From Octopus vulgaris (Eukaryota): 64,000 nt of DNA. Positions 40,213 to 56,064 of the stretch are shown here, piece after piece. The stretch lies in the NCBI GenBank assembly GCA_951406725.2, contig OX597827.1:76446001-76510000 (forward strand), in the 5' to 3' direction. Numbering within the stretch: position 1 is the stretch's first letter; each line of letters begins with the position of its first letter. The position numbers and the translations under genes are program-made. The notes below the pieces were generated by a model. The model was not told the DNA's origin. It did no database searches and saw only the letters and a program-made list of their open reading frames with translations.

Positions 40213-41603
40213 ATATGTAGAACTTCTTAATCCTTCATCTACTCTTACATACATATCGTTATTTAGCCACTGAACGATTGTTCTACCTTCTCTGGAAGCA
40301 CAATTAATTTCAATACATCAAAAATTTATTTAGCTTTTATGATATTTAATTAGTATACCCTTACTCATTAAATTAATGGTTAAGTAGCTGAGTATTCCAT
40401 GGACACTCTTAATGTAATCCTCAGGCAGAATCAGTGTGACACAATGAGAGGTGACAAGGCTGGCACTTCGAACAAGAGATCCCTTTGACAACATCTCGCT
40501 TAATTTCCATTCCCCAATCTACTTCCCAATTGTTGAATGGCTTTTAAATGATATTAAAAGTTTGACGCTCAAGATACTACTGTGCTGTGAGATCGAACAC
40601 AAGGTCTTAGGATTGGCAAGTAAACTTCTTAGCCAAATGGACGTGACTGCATCTGCACCCAAGCACATACACAAACACACATGTATCTTTATGAAAACAG
40701 AATTTCATGTTTTTGTGATGTGACTTTCATGATGATACTGCTGAGATCATCTGGTGAATTCACACCTGAAGATCGCTATGGCATGAAACTTTAATTTCGA
40801 AGGAAAAGAAACTCTGTGGAAGTAAATAATATAATTAATCTGAAGTATCCAGCGAATACTCTTTTTCTTCATTTTTCTTGAATAACTGACATATATCTTA
40901 TATGTATACCTATCTCTCTCCCTTTCTCCTACTTTTATCTATCTATCTACCTATCTACATATAAATATATACTTTTTCCCTCCTCACTCTCCTTCTCTAT
41001 ATATATTCACACACACACGCACACACACACACATATATATTTCCCCCTCTGCCCTTCCTTTCTCTCTGTCTATACACACACATATGCACGCATGTGTGTG
41101 TGTGTGTGTGTGTGTTGCAATCAACTGAAACACCTTTAAATCTGATGCCCCAGCATGACCATCGTCATTGGACTGTGGCCAGTAAAACAATAATATATAT
41201 ATTGTATAATATAAAAGATAGACACACATATAGACACACACAGACGTACAGATATATATACATACGTATATATATATGTGTATATGTGTGTTTGTGTTTG
41301 TGTAAGAGACATATGCATTTCTTTGATATCTGTTCATATATGTGAATGTGGTGGGAGGTACAGATAGAGGTGGGGGTGGATGGTTGTAAGATTGGAAGAA
41401 AGGAAAAAAGATGTGGGGGGGTTATAGGGAATGGGTAGGGTGTGTTCGTAAGTGGACAGAGAGAGAGGGAGAGAGAGAGGGGGTGAGTGAGGTAGATAGG
41501 CTAAGAGTTATATATGAAAACATAGACAAATGTGACAACAGCAGGATGGAGTGATGGTGGGGAAGAAGGACATCAAAGTAGACAGACAGACAGACATGAG
41601 AAA

Positions 41604-41642
<39 letters not shown>

Positions 41643-41675
41643 AAATATATATATACATAGAGATAGAGAGAGATG

Positions 41676-41712
<37 letters not shown>

Positions 41713-42133
41713 CACACATACACACACACAGACATATATATATATACACACATACACACACACATATATATACATACAGAGAGAGAGAGAGAGAGAGAAT
41801 GGGGAAAGCAGAAAGAGATGACAGCTGGGAAAGCAGACAGAAGGGAATGAAAGAGAAAGCAGCAGAGAGTGAGAGAATGAGAAAGTGATAAAGAAAGAGA
41901 GAAAGAAGAAAGTTAATGGGAGGGGGGAAAGAAGTCATAGCTTGTAGAGAGAGGGAAGAGAAGACGTAGTTTGAAGAGAAGGGGGGAGAGAGAGAGTGAT
42001 GGTAAGAGAGAGAGAGAGAGAGTGATAAAGGGGGGGAGAAAGAGAGAAGTGTGTCAAGAAGTGGAGAAAGTGAGAGAGGGAGAGGAGAAAAGGAAAGACA
42101 GAAGAAAGAGAAAGAAAGGTCAGAATATATATA

Positions 42134-42169
<36 letters not shown>

Positions 42170-43282
42170 TGTATGTATGTATGTACATACATATACACAT
42201 AGGAGAGAGAGAGAAAAACGAAAGAGAAAAAAGAAAGGAGAAAGTAATAAACTTAATGCAGTGTAAAGAAAGTAGAAAAGAAGGAAGGAGAGAAAAGAGA
42301 GATAGAAGAAGTAGAAAAAGAGCAATGTGTGTGTGTGTGTGTGTGAATGCACACACTCTCATATCTACACACTCACACATACAGATGAGAGTGGTAGTAA
42401 GAGATAGAGAGAGAAATTATGGTGGGGGAGGCAAAGTGAGTGAAAGCCAACAAGAGACAGAGTAAGAAGGAGGGAGAGGGATGGTAGAAGAGACAGAGAG
42501 ATAGAGAGAGAGAGGGAGGGGGAGAGTAGAAAAGGAAAGGGAAAGAAACGTGTGTAAAGAGAGAAAGAAGGGAGAGCATGAGAAGTTTTAGATATGATAG
42601 GAACAAGAGGTGTTGAAGAGAAGAAAAATGAGAAAGAAAATAAAGGAAATGAGGGAGAAAAGGGCATAGATAGAAAGAGGGGGGAGAGAAAGAGTGCGTG
42701 AGAGAGAGAGAGAAAGGAAAAAGAGTGTGACAGGGAGTGAGAGAGAAAGGGAGAGAAAGAGAGAGTCATGGGTGGAATTGTGTGAAAGGAAATGAATTGA
42801 AAGGGAGCAGCAGATTGAAAAATAGAGAGATAGATAGATAGAGTGAGTGAGTGAGAGAGAGAGAATAGAATCATATATATGTATAAAGAGGGTGGTAAGG
42901 AAAGAGAAGAGAGAGAGATGGAGAACAAATGGCTTAGAACATGAGAATGAATATGAGTAGCAAAGAGAAAGAGAGAGAGAGAATGGAAAAGAAAAAAAGG
43001 AGAGAAGAGGAGAGAAAAGAGAAAGAGAGAAAAGTAGAGAGGAGGAATAACTGACTTAGTAAAAAAAAGAGAGAGAGAGAGAAAAGAAAGTAAAAGAAAA
43101 AGAAATTAAGGGAGGGAAAAATGGGACAGAGTGTGTGAGAGAGAGAGAGAGAGAGAGGGGGAAGGGAGAATGAAGTCAGATGAAGAGGGAGTAAAAAAAA
43201 ATGAAGGAGAGAGAGAGTAAAAGGAGTGAAAAGGAGATGGAGATACAGAAAAAGATTGGAAGTGTGAGAGCCAAATCAGATT

Positions 43283-43321
<39 letters not shown>

Positions 43322-43530
43322 ATGTATATTATGTCTATATAAAGATGGTATTAAAGAAGGAAAATGTGTATAAATATATGAGGGGAATGAGATAGAAAAA
43401 AAGAAAGAAAATGAGTGGTAGAGAAAAAAAACGAGAGGAGAAAGAATGAGGTATGTTAAAAAAAAAAGCAATAAAGAGAGAAAAGGAAAAAGGACAAAGA
43501 CAAAATACCAAAGCTCAGAGAGGGGACAGC

Positions 43531-43566
<36 letters not shown>

Positions 43567-43719
43567 ATAGAGAGGTAGTGAGAGAGAGAGAGAGAGAGAG
43601 AGATTGGGAAGGGAGGAGAGGAGATATATGGGAAGTGAAAATGTGAAGGGGGAGGAAGAGGGAGAAAGACTGGAAAGTTTGGAGGTAGATATATAAACAT
43701 TGAGAATAGTGAAATCTGA

Positions 43720-43784
43720 CTGTCTATCTATCTATCTATCTATCTATATATCTATCTATATATATATATATGTCTGTTTGTCTG

Positions 43785-43849
<65 letters not shown>

Positions 43850-43892
43850 ATGTCTGTCTGTCTATCTATCTATCAATCTATCTATCTATCTA

Positions 43893-43924
<32 letters not shown>

Positions 43925-44063
43925 TCTATCTACCTATCTGCTGGTCTGTTTTCAAATATATATGCATATATATGTATATATAGATACATATAAATGTATA
44001 TAGGTGTATGTATGCATGCATGTATGTATATATATTTATATATGTATGTATGCATATATATAT

Positions 44064-44094
<31 letters not shown>

Positions 44095-44167
44095 TCTATA
44101 TCTATATATATATTCCTAATCTACATAAATATGTATGTCTGTATACATACACACATATATATGTGTG

Positions 44168-44217
<50 letters not shown>

Positions 44218-44235
44218 CCTATCTATCTATCTATC

Positions 44236-44295
<60 letters not shown>

Positions 44296-44491
44296 GTGTA
44301 TCTATATTCCTATATAACACTAGCTGAATACCTTACCTACCTGCCTATCAATCTATAATATATATTGGCTATAATATAAAATATATACATATATAATGAT
44401 TATATAATATATATATATATATATGTGTGTATGTATGTATCAAACTACACACACATATTCATAGATATATTCAAACACCTACATATGAATG

Positions 44492-44533
<42 letters not shown>

Positions 44534-44603
44534 TATCTAAAGATTAATATATTTTATTCAAATATTCTCATAATATATATATATATACACTCACATAGAT
44601 ACA

Positions 44604-44699
<96 letters not shown>

Positions 44700-44746
44700 A
44701 TATATATATAGATAGATGGATAGATATATAAATATATAGATTGCTT

Positions 44747-44807
<61 letters not shown>

Positions 44808-44810
44808 CAC
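43720..44810. repeat. (TATC)n/(TA)n/(TG)n microsatellite field
   Basis: Direct reading. Confidence 0.92.
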
Positions 44811-46552
44811 ACTTGGTCTTGAGCCTAAGTTAGAAATCAATTTGTGTTTGTAAGTAAATATGTAGATAATCATGTGTGTGTGTGTTTCTCTGTGTGTGTG
44901 TGTATGCATTACATATATACATATGGATTGACAGTTATATTTTATATGGGGTCATACATGTATGTATATATATAATTCATATGTATATACATCTATATAT
45001 GCACACACACACACATATATATGTATATACACACGCATACACCCACACCTATATATATATACATACACACTACATATTGCACAAATGAGTATATGTGTGT
45101 AGTTATGTGTATATGCATGCATACACACACACACATACACACACACACATAATCCCATGTGTTGCATGATGATAGAGGGTGGGAAGTCGTCGGTGGGGAG
45201 AGGGAGAAGAGAAAGGGAATGACTTATAGAAGAGAGAGTGACACCGCTAGAGAGAGATAGAGAGACAGAGTGTGTGTGAAAATAAATGAAGGAGAGAGAG
45301 AGAGAGAGTGCGAGTGAAAGAGAGAGAGAGAGGTATGGAAATGAAGGAGTGACTGAGAGAAACTTAAATGATGAGAGAAATGATGAGAGATGTGGAAGGA
45401 GAAATGTAGACAGATAGAGAGGGAGACACGTGTAGAAGGAGGCGACGGCGGGGAAGTGAGTTGAGAGTAGAGAGGGAAAGGGAAAGTGGGGTGGAAAAAG
45501 GGGAGTTGTATGGTTGAACCAGAAGGGGAGGGGTTGGGAGGAAAGAGAGAGGAAGGGAACTAGAGAGAAAGACTAGTGTAGAGAAGTGAGAGAAAAGAGA
45601 AAGCGTGACAGTGTTGAGAGGGGAGGGAAAAGAAAAAGAAAAGTAAAAATGTGTCAAAGAGGAGGTGGATAGAGAGGGAGAGAGAAAGAAATGGTATACT
45701 CTGGAAGAGAGTGAGAGAGAGAGAAAGGGGATACACTGGAAGAGAGAGAGAGAGAAAGGGGATACACTGGAAGAGAGAGAGAGAAAGAGAGAAGGATGAA
45801 GTGATGACAAGGAAAAAGAAAGGTAAAGAGAACCAGACAGAGTGAGGAGGTGACAGGAAAAAAAAGAGAGAAACAAGAAACGACAGACAGAAGAGAGAGA
45901 CGGAAAGGGAGAGGAAGTGTAAGAGAGAGAGAGGAGTAAGGCTGAAAGAGAGGAGTGGGGGAAAGAACTTAGAGAAGAGAGTAAGGAGGTGACATACAGA
46001 TGAGAGAGAGAGAGAGGGAAAGAGAGAAGAGTGGAGAGGTGACAAAGTAACATTAGAAATAGAAAGAAAGAATCAGACAGAAAGTGGGAAAGAGAGAAGT
46101 GAGAGAGAAGAGAAAGGGAAGAGTGAGAGAAGGAAAGTAAAGAAAAAGAGGGAGAAAATAAGAGAAGAGAGGGAAAGGAAGAGAGGGAGTTACTAAGAAC
46201 GGAAGAGAAAGAAGGAAAGATAGACGTGTGTGTATGTGTGTGTGTGTTTGTAAGAAAAAGAGAGACTGCGTGTGAGGGGAAGTGAGAGGGAGCGATTAGT
46301 GAATAGAAGAAGGAAAGGGAGGAATATAAAGAAAGGAAGAAGCAGACGATAGAAATATAAAACGACAGGAAATATGAGAGCGAGGGAGGAAGGGAGAGGA
46401 GAAAGAGAGAGGAGAAAGTTGACTAAGAGATAACAGAGACAGACAGGAAAGGGAAGGGATAGATAGAAAGTGGAAGGAGGGAGAAAGAGAGAGAAAAGGA
46501 GAGAAAAGAAATAGTGGAATGATAAGGAGGGAGAAATTAGAGAAGCTGTAGG

Positions 46553-46586
<34 letters not shown>

Positions 46587-46614
46587 AAGAAGAGAAGCAA
46601 AAGTTCAACAAACA

Positions 46615-46793
46615 TGCATACACACACACACGCACATATATATATATGTGTGTGTGTGTGTATATCTGTATATACATACATACACACACACACACATATA
46701 TATATACATGCATATGTATATATATATATATATGTGTGTGGACACACATACACCCTTCCCGCTTCTCTCTCTATACATAAATATATGTATGTA

Positions 46794-46834
<41 letters not shown>

Positions 46835-47074
46835 TACTTACATACATACACACACACACACAGAGCGAGATGTATATATATATATATATATATCTTACAT
46901 ATATATGAACACACGTATATGTTTACATGTGAATGAGAAAACAAGATAAAAATATAGATAGGTGGATAGATATACAAGTAGTTTTGTAGACACAAAAACA
47001 GACATATATATATATATATATATATATATGAATGGTATATACATACACATATATGATATATACATATACTTGAA

Positions 47075-47125
<51 letters not shown>

Positions 47126-47216
47126 ACATATATATATATATACAGAAGAGAGAAAATTAAATTATACTAGAATGTTACTTGTAAAACAGTTTAATAATAA
47201 TACACACACACACATA

Positions 47217-47248
<32 letters not shown>

Positions 47249-48102
47249 CATACACACATACACATACATACATATACATGTTTACATAGATACATACATA
47301 CATACACACATATATATCTTTTAATCAGCTTATATGTTTGTTTGTCCATAAGTTTATCTGTCTTTCTATATATCCGCGTGTATATCTGTCGGTGTGTGTG
47401 TATGTATGTGTATGTATGTATGTATGTATGTATGTATGTATGTATGTATATATGTCTGTGTGTGTGTTTGTGTTTGTGTGTATACATATATACTGATAGA
47501 TTGATAGACAGAAGGAAAGGTACAGATAGATGGATGAGTATAAACGGAATGATAGAAAGATATATATAGTTGGATAATATAGAAAGACAGACATACATAC
47601 ACATATATATATAGATACATATTTATAGATACAGATAGATACATTCAAACATGTACATACAGATACAGTTAACTAGATGTATAGACAGATAGACAGATAC
47701 ATAGACATACAAGCATGCATACATACATATGGATGGATAGACAGATAGATAGAAAGATAGATATAGAGATAGATAGATAGATAGATAGATAGACAGACAG
47801 ATAGACAGATATATGTATATAGAAAGATAGACAGATATATATAGATAGATAGACAGACAGATATATATATATATATAGAGAGAGAGAGAAAGATAGACAT
47901 ATATATATATAGATAGACAGACAGATATATATATAGATATATAGATAGATAGACAGACAGATATATATATATATATATATAGAAAGATAGACATATATAT
48001 ATAGATAGACAGACAGATATATATATATATATATAGAAAGATAGACATATATATATATATAGATAGACAGACAGATATATATATATATATATATAGATAG
48101 AC

Positions 48103-48161
<59 letters not shown>

Positions 48162-48315
48162 TAGATAGATAGAAAGACAGACAAATAGAGAAACAGACAT
48201 ATATATATATATGTATATGTATACATACATATATATATATGTATATGTATACATATATTTATATATATACTTATATATATATGTATAGACACATAGATGA
48301 ATAGATAGACAAATA
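46615..48315. repeat. (TA)/(CA)/(GATA)/(GACA) microsatellite field
   Basis: Direct reading; the compound unit tagaaagatagac(at)n agatagacagacag recurs at 47820-48100. Confidence 0.92.
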
Positions 48316-48355
48316 AACAAGTAATTCCATTTTTAAAAAAAACTAGGAAACTTAC

Positions 48356-48600
48356 CTTAACGATGAAACACTTGCTTGGTGTTGTTTTTGTTATTCTTTC
48401 TCCTGTCACACTGTCTGTACTATCATCTATCTGTGGGCATGTACCCCGGGTGGATGGATGGATAGATGGACTGGCTGAGTGGTCAACACTTCGCTCTCTG
48501 TTCATCTACCCAACTTTACGAGTTTTGAACACCTTCGATCTACCATCGGGCACTTTCCTTCTTCCTTCCTTCTCTTCGTCTTTCAGTCTATGACTGTCGC
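48356..48600 (-). other. Candidate first exon of a minus-strand transcript (5' boundary unknown)
   Basis: Consensus donor aag|gtaagt (intron starts at 48355) ends a non-repetitive island. An ATG at 48505 gives 50 open codons ([10 protein letters not shown]...PSKCFIVK) ending in phase 0. No homology recognised. Confidence 0.45.
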
Positions 48601-48634
48601 TTGTCTGTGTCTATGTGTGATTGTATGTGCGCCT

Positions 48635-49200
48635 CTCCCTCTCTCTCTGCCGCCGTCTCCCTTCCCTCTCTCTCTCTGTTCCTCTACCGCCGTCTTCCTT
48701 CCCTCTCTTCCTCCCTCTCTCTCTGCCGCCGTCTCCCTTTCCCTCTACCGCCGTCTCCCTTTCCTCTCTCGCTCTTTTCCTCTACCACCGGCTCTTTTCC
48801 TCTACCACCGTCTCCCTTTCCTCTCTCGCTCTTTTCCTCTACCGCCGTCTCCCTTTCCCTCTTTCGCTCTTTTCCTCTACCGCCGTCTCCCTTCCCTCTC
48901 TCCTCCCTCTCTCTCTGCCGCCGTCTCCCTTTCCCTCTCTCGTTCTTTTCCTCTACCGCCGTCTCCACTCCCTCTCTCGCTCTTTTCCTCTACCGCCGTC
49001 TCCACTCCCTCTCTCGCTCTTTTCCTCTACCGCCGTCTCCACTCCCTCTCTCGCTCTTTTCTTCTCCCGCCGTCTCCCTTTCCTCTCTCGCTCCTTTCCT
49101 CTACCGCCGTCTCCCTTTCCTCTCTCGCTCTTTTCCTCCACCGCCGTCTCCTTTTCCCTCTCTCGCTCTTTTCCTCTACCGCCGTCTCCCTTCCCTCTCT
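48635..49200. repeat. CpG-rich ~37-38-bp minisatellite (ctcgctcttttcctctaccgccgtctccctttcctct)n
   Basis: Core ccgccgtctcc recurs about 15 times. Confidence 0.92.
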
Positions 49201-49717
49201 AGCTTTCTTCTAGCTTCCCCTTCTTATTTCTCTCTCTTTTGCACCCTCCCTCTGTCTATATACATTCTCTCCCTCTTTCTCGCTTCCTTTTCTCACTCTC
49301 CCCTCTCTCGCATATCGCTTTCACTTTCCTTCTCTCTCTCTCTCTTTAGTTCTTGCTTACACTTTTTGTTCTCCTCTCTCATATCCCTCCTTATCTAGCC
49401 TACCCTTTCTTATCACTCTCTCTCTTTCCCTTTATCTTGCTTCCTTTTATCTCTCGTTTTCTCTCACTCTCTTTTATATAACTTCCCCTTCTTATTTCTC
49501 TCTGCCTTTCCCTATCTTATAACGTCATCTTTTCTATGCCTGTTCATCCTCCTTTCCTCTCTATCTCTTTCTTGTTGTCTACTTCATCCTCTCTTTCTCT
49601 CTCTCCTCCCCTTACTGCATCTACATTACCACTTCCCCCCCTTTTCTTTTTCTCCACTCTCTTCCTCCACTTCGCTTTCCTTGTCCATTTCTCTGCCTTA
49701 GAGAGAAATACTCTCAT

Positions 49718-49771
<54 letters not shown>

Positions 49772-50029
49772 AAACTGTCTGTCTCTCTCTCTATCTATCT
49801 ATCTATCTATCTATCTAACTATTTGTCTATCTCTCTCTCTCTGTCTGTCTATCTATCTCTCTATCTAACTATCTATCTGTCTGTTTGTCTGTCTATCTAT
49901 ATCTATCTATCTATCTATTATCTATCTATGTATCTATCCATCTGTCTGTCTGTCTGTCTATTTGTCGGGTGAGAAAGGTGGCCGGGTAGTTTGTTTTCCT
50001 CTTCAAAATGCTCTTCTTGTTGTTGATAG

Positions 50030-50680
50030 TTGTTTAGCCCAAGGTCAGTCCTGATCGAACAAACCTACGCTCAAAAGCACTCCAGCCACGACAATTCCGT
50101 CCTTTTCCAATGTGTAGGAAACCGGGGACCCCATAATCTTATGTGTCCTTTCCTAAGAGGGCGCTGTGTGGTTTCAAAGAGATTTGCCTGTCATATCTAA
50201 CAGGTTCAATGACCACTTAGGGGCTTCCACCTGGCTGGCCCCTGGTGTAGCATGGTCTAGCGTGGTGGGTGAATTATGTCGTGGGGGAAATGCTACTGCT
50301 CAATCTCATGTCAGCCCTTATCGAGCAGACCTGTGTTCAAAGGCCTTCCAAGAGTGGCCATCACACCTTTTCCCCTATGATCAGGGTGGGAATCCAACAC
50401 CAGATTATCCAAAAACGGAGCCTGTTCAGATTTGAGGGAAAATTAAGCTACTCTTTTTAAGTGAGTTACAGTTTAGATATGTTTTTGTTTAGCCCTCGGT
50501 AGGACCTGACCGAGCAAAGACGTTCCAGACTCCAAACTCTAGCCGTGACAATCCCGTCTTTCTTCCCATGTGCAGGAAATCTAGGACCAGATTCTGTAAA
50601 GTGTCTTTTTTTTTTCTTTTCCAAGACGGCGAAGTTAATGTTTGGGTTAAATTTGGCTGCTATTTTTAGCCGGTCGAATT
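50030..50680 (-). repeat. Three head-to-tail diverged family F copies
   Basis: Units start at ~50032, ~50305 and ~50488, each running from gtcagccctgatcgagca-like to atttggctgcta-like motifs; another copy at ~51705-51855. Confidence 0.75.
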
Positions 50681-50809
50681 GTGTTGTGCTGTGGTTACTG
50701 GGACGTCACAGGTAAACAATCATAAAACAAGCGAACCACGTTTGCTACTCAAAGCAAAACAAACAACAAAAGCCAGCAACTGTGACACTGTGGGGTCCAA
50801 CAGTTTTGA

Positions 50810-50841
<32 letters not shown>

Positions 50842-51451
50842 ATCACCGCCGCCACCCACCACAAAAACAACAACAACAACAACAATCAACAGCAATAACT
50901 TCACAAACGACAGTTTATAACTTCTTTCTCCCTCTCTACTCTTTCTTTCTCTTTCCCTCTCTCTGCTTGTTTTTCTTTCTTTCTGTCTTTCTCTCCCTAT
51001 CTGTCTTTTTCTCTCACTCTCTCCCTCTGTATGACTCTCTCTGTCTCGCTCTTTCTACCTCTCTATCCGCCTGTCTTTCTCTCTCTGTCAACCCTTTTCG
51101 TCTCTTCCTGTCTCCCTCCCCTCCTCTCTTTCTTTGCATATCTCTTTGTCTCTCTCTGCTTGTCTGTCTGTCTCTCTCGGTTTCTGTCAAGTTGTCTGCC
51201 AGCTTCTCTCTCCGTCTCTCTCTCTCTCTCTTTGTATCTTTCTGTCTTCTGACCGTCTCTGTCCCTGTTTCTCTCTCTCTCTATTTGTCTGTCTTTCTGT
51301 CTACCTCTCTCTCGTATCACTCTCATTCTTTTCTTTCTCTCTCTCTGCTTGTCTGTCTCTGATTTTTGTCTCACCCTCTGTCTCTCTGTTTCCCTTTCCC
51401 TTTCTGCTTCTGTCAGTCCGTCTGTCTGTCTCTCTGTCTCTCTCTCTCCCC

Positions 51452-51572
<121 letters not shown>

Positions 51573-51591
51573 GTTTCTCTCTCTCCAACAG

Positions 51592-51695
51592 ATGAGAGAT
51601 GAATGTATTTGGAACTGTTGTCCCGTTTTCCCTCATGTAAATAAGAGACAACACGAACTGATGACAATACTGAAAGCGATATTGTTAACTGTAAG
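51592..51695 (+). other. Candidate 104-nt spliced exon
   Basis: Acceptor ctgtttctctctctccaacag and donor aag|gtaagc. One frame is open (MRDECIWNCCPVFPHVNKRQHELMTILKAILLTV); it could equally be UTR or lncRNA. Confidence 0.4.
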
Positions 51696-53874
51696 GTAAG
51701 CTTTGAATGAGCCAAGATCAAAAACATTCCAGAAATGACCGTTCCGTCTTGTGGCGGGGGATACATATATTGGACTCTGTAATCCAACGTGTTCTTCCTT
51801 ACGAATGAGGGGAATTTGGTCGCTGCTTTTAGCAGGTCGGGCGACCACGTACAGACGTTGGTGGTGACAATGATAACGATGACAACAACACCAACAACAA
51901 TAACGATAAGATGGAGAGATTTGAGCAAAGTTGGTGCCAAGCATGAGGGAGAAAAAAGTGAAAGAGAGAGGGAACGAGAGAGAGAGAGAAGGAAAGATAG
52001 AGAAAAAGAAAGAGGTGTGGAAGTCTGGAAAGATGACTTTAACACCCTCCTCCTCCTCCTGCTCTCACTCACACTCTTTATCCTTTTCCCTCCTCTTTTT
52101 CTTCTTTCCCTCTCTCTCTCTCTCGATCTTTCTCTCACTCCTCTCTCTGTCGCACACTTCATCCTTTCTCTCCTCGTTTTCTTCCCTTTCTTTCTCTTCC
52201 TTTCTAAAACCACCTTCCAACTCTCTCTTTTACTCTTTATCTTTCTCTTTCTCCTCTCTCACTGACGATCTTATCCATTTCTTCTCTGACAGTCCATATC
52301 TCTCTCTTTCCAAAACAACCCTTCTCTCTCTCTTACATTCTTTTTCCTTTTCCTTTTCTTTCCTCCCCCTCTTTATCCCTTACACTCTCTTTCCCCTTCT
52401 CATTTACTTTTCATTTCTCTATCTCACACACTTTATCTTTTCCTTTCTCTTTTTTTTCTCTTCTAACGATTTTTATCTTTCTTCCTAAAATACCCCCTTC
52501 TCTCTCTTACATACTTCAGCCTTCTCCCCCTATCCTTCTTTCACCCCCTTCCCTAACAACCTTACCCTTTTTCTAAACAACCCCCCTCATCCGTCTTACA
52601 ATCTTTATCTTTCCCCTTCCTTTTTTTTCCTTTCCTCCTCCCTTCTGTTACGCAGTTACCCTTCTTTTCTAAACCACCCTCCTCTCTCCTAAACGCTTTT
52701 CCTTTCCCTCTCTGACTACCTTCTCTTCTTTTCTACCCTCCCCCTCATCCTCTCCCATACACTTCTTAACTTTCCCCCTCCTCCATTTCTCTTACATATC
52801 CCCCCTCCCTCCGTTACCCTATCTTTTCTTCTTCTTTTCTCTGACGTCCTCACTTCACTTTCTCGCTATTTTTTTATAATCACTTCTTCCCCCACTTTGC
52901 TTTCTCTCTTCCCCCCACTTTCTTTCCTTCACCTATTTTTCTTTCTTTCCCTTCTTTTCATTGAATCCCTGTTCTTATCTCACTCTTACTCCCCCCTCTA
53001 CTATCCTTCTTATCTCCCTCTTACCCTTAATCCTTCTCCACATTTACCCATCTCCTCTCCCTTATTTTCTCACTTCCTCCCTTTCTCAATCTCCCCCCCC
53101 CCTCATTCTCTGCTTCTACTCCCCACCACCACCATCTCCCACATATTTGTCCTTCATTTTCCTTCTATTTCTAGCTTCTTTTTCCTTCCCTTTGGCCTTC
53201 GTCACTTTTTTCTCTTCTCTTGCTCTCTCTCTCTCACTTTTATCAGCTCTTTTTCTTTCTCTCTGCCTTTCTCTCTCTCTCTCTCTCTCTTTCTACCTCT
53301 CTCCCTTTCTGCTTATCCCCCTTCCCCTCTCTTTTCATACATCACTCTTTTTACTCTCTTTCTGCCGTCCTTCACCTTCTCATTTCATCTCCCACCCTCT
53401 CTATTTCCCTCTCTTCTCTTTCTTCACTTTTTCTCTAATCTCCATACACCCTCACTCTCTCCCCTTCTAACTCTTCTCTCTTCCTCTCTAACACTCTCTA
53501 CCCTTACCTCTCTTTAAACACTCAGCATTTCTCTTCCAGTCTTTCTCACTCGTTATTCTTTTTTATTCCGTTCAATATTAATTATTTCCCCTCTTCTTTT
53601 ACCATCTCATTTCTCTCTTCCATTGTTTTGTCTTCTCACTCTTTCCCCCACACTTTTGTGCTCTTTCCCTTTCTCTTTAGACATTTACTTTCTTTCCTTC
53701 TCTCTCCTCTTTCTCTCTCTATTTCCACCCCTTCTCTCTCTCTCCCTCTTTCTCCCCCCTTAGTTCATATCATCTCCTCAATATCTTCCTAGTTCACTTT
53801 CTATGCCTCTTATCCTCATATTCTTACATCCATCTAGCTCCCCCCACTCCAACTTCTCTCTCACTTTCCCCTCT

Positions 53875-53875
53875 C

Positions 53876-53927
<52 letters not shown>

Positions 53928-53952
53928 GTATGTATGTATGTATGTATGTATG

Positions 53953-54039
<87 letters not shown>

Positions 54040-54101
54040 GTGTGTGTTTATATGAATATACACACATCTAACATATCCATGTCTATGTATGTTGAAATGT
54101 T

Positions 54102-54166
<65 letters not shown>

Positions 54167-54271
54167 ATATACAGACACACACATGTGTATAGACTATATA
54201 TACACATACATACATGCATACACATACACGTGAGTTCATGTGTGTTGTATTTATATGTATAATATGTATAA

Positions 54272-54358
<87 letters not shown>

Positions 54359-54361
54359 CAC

Positions 54362-54392
<31 letters not shown>

Positions 54393-54399
54393 CACATAC

Positions 54400-54492
<93 letters not shown>

Positions 54493-54499
54493 CACATAC

Positions 54500-54534
<35 letters not shown>

Positions 54535-54535
54535 A
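53875..54535. repeat. (TATC)/(TATG)/(TA)n microsatellite field
   Basis: Direct reading. Confidence 0.95.
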
Positions 54536-54809
54536 ATAGTCTACAGCAACCTTATCCCACTCTTTTTCCTATCAAGTTATCTTTCTTAGTCTCTCCCTCA
54601 CTCCACCCCACTCTCTCTTTCACCCTCTTCTTCACCTTTTTCTCTCTTTCTCCACCATCTTCCCCTTCTCTCTCTCTCTTTCTCTCTCTTTATCTCTCTC
54701 TCTCTCTCTCTCTATCTATCCGGCTACATCCATAGTATATACATAAAAAAATATCAGAGGCGGGGAGGGGGACACACGCGCGCGCACTCATACACACACA
54801 CACACACCT

Positions 54810-54852
<43 letters not shown>

Positions 54853-55883
54853 CACAAACACTCTCACCCACGCGCGCACACGCATGCTCCCTTCCCCCCC
54901 ACCCGCATCTTTCTCTTTCCCCTCTTCCCGAGCCCGCCACATACTTTTAACACTTTTCACCGCCATTTTATATTCCCTTCTACCTATCAGTCCTTCTCTC
55001 TCTCCCTCTCTCACCCTTTCTTACTTTTTCTGCTATCATTACCCACCCCCCTCCACCATACACACACACACACACACACACACCCTTCCTCTTAAGCCAC
55101 CCCTCACTCTTTACTTTCACCTCCCCCCACTTCCCGACACATTTTCTCTCTTTCTCTCTTTCTCTCTTTTCTCTCTCCAACCTCTTCTGTCTCTGCTTCT
55201 CTCTGACTCCCTCAACACTCTCCCCCCCCTTTTCATAACTCTACACCCTCTCATTCATTTGTCCCTCCACCACTTCCAGCATCGTTCCCTTCTCTCAGTC
55301 TCCCCCCTCACCACCTCACACACATTACCCCCCCTCATTGCACCCACCCCTTGCCACCCACCTTCCTCTTTGCTGTCCTTCTTTCCTTCCTTGTTTTCAA
55401 TCCATTATATTTTCTTTTGCTTTCTGGGTATACATGCATACATACATACATACATACATACATACATACATACATACATACATACATACATACATACATA
55501 CATACATGCATTCATGCATACATACATACGTAAATACATACATACACACACAGTTATGTTCATACATAGATACACACATACACATACACACATACACACA
55601 CACAAATATATGGTTACATATCGAGTTCTCTCACTTTATGTATGTGTGTGTGTATCTATTTGTTTCTTTTTATATATATATCTATATATATATATACATA
55701 CATATATATGTTTATACATGTGTGTATAAACGTATATGTATGTATATATATATGTGTGTGTGTATATATATATATATATACTGTATAAATATGTAAATAT
55801 ATATGTACATGCACACACACATATATGTACATGTATTCATGTATTCATATATATATATATATATACACACACATGTACATATA

Positions 55884-56064
55884 CCGTATTTTATTGTGTA
55901 TAAGGAAGCCTCGTGTATGAGGAACCCCTTAATTTTGGAGGCTTAAAACTTGGAAAAAAGGTTTTGTAAGGGATTATAACACTATCCACGAATAAGAAGC
56001 TCCGGTATTTTTTTTTAACTTAATTTTTGATAAAGAAGAGTTCCTTATACACGTTAAAATACGG
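55884..56064. mobile_element. pogo/Tc1-mariner-like MITE
   Basis: TIRs ccgtattttattgtgtataaggaa / ttccttatacacgttaaaatacgg with TA on both sides. Confidence 0.85.

Noticed and set aside
40783-40825. Hammerhead-like CTGAAGA TCGCTATGGCAT GAAAC
   Set aside because: Stems I, II and III do not pair convincingly.
36540-49200. CRISPR-like appearance of the 35-40-bp repeats at 36.5 and 48.6 kb
   Set aside because: Units are contiguous with no unique spacers, no cas genes are present, and the context is eukaryotic.
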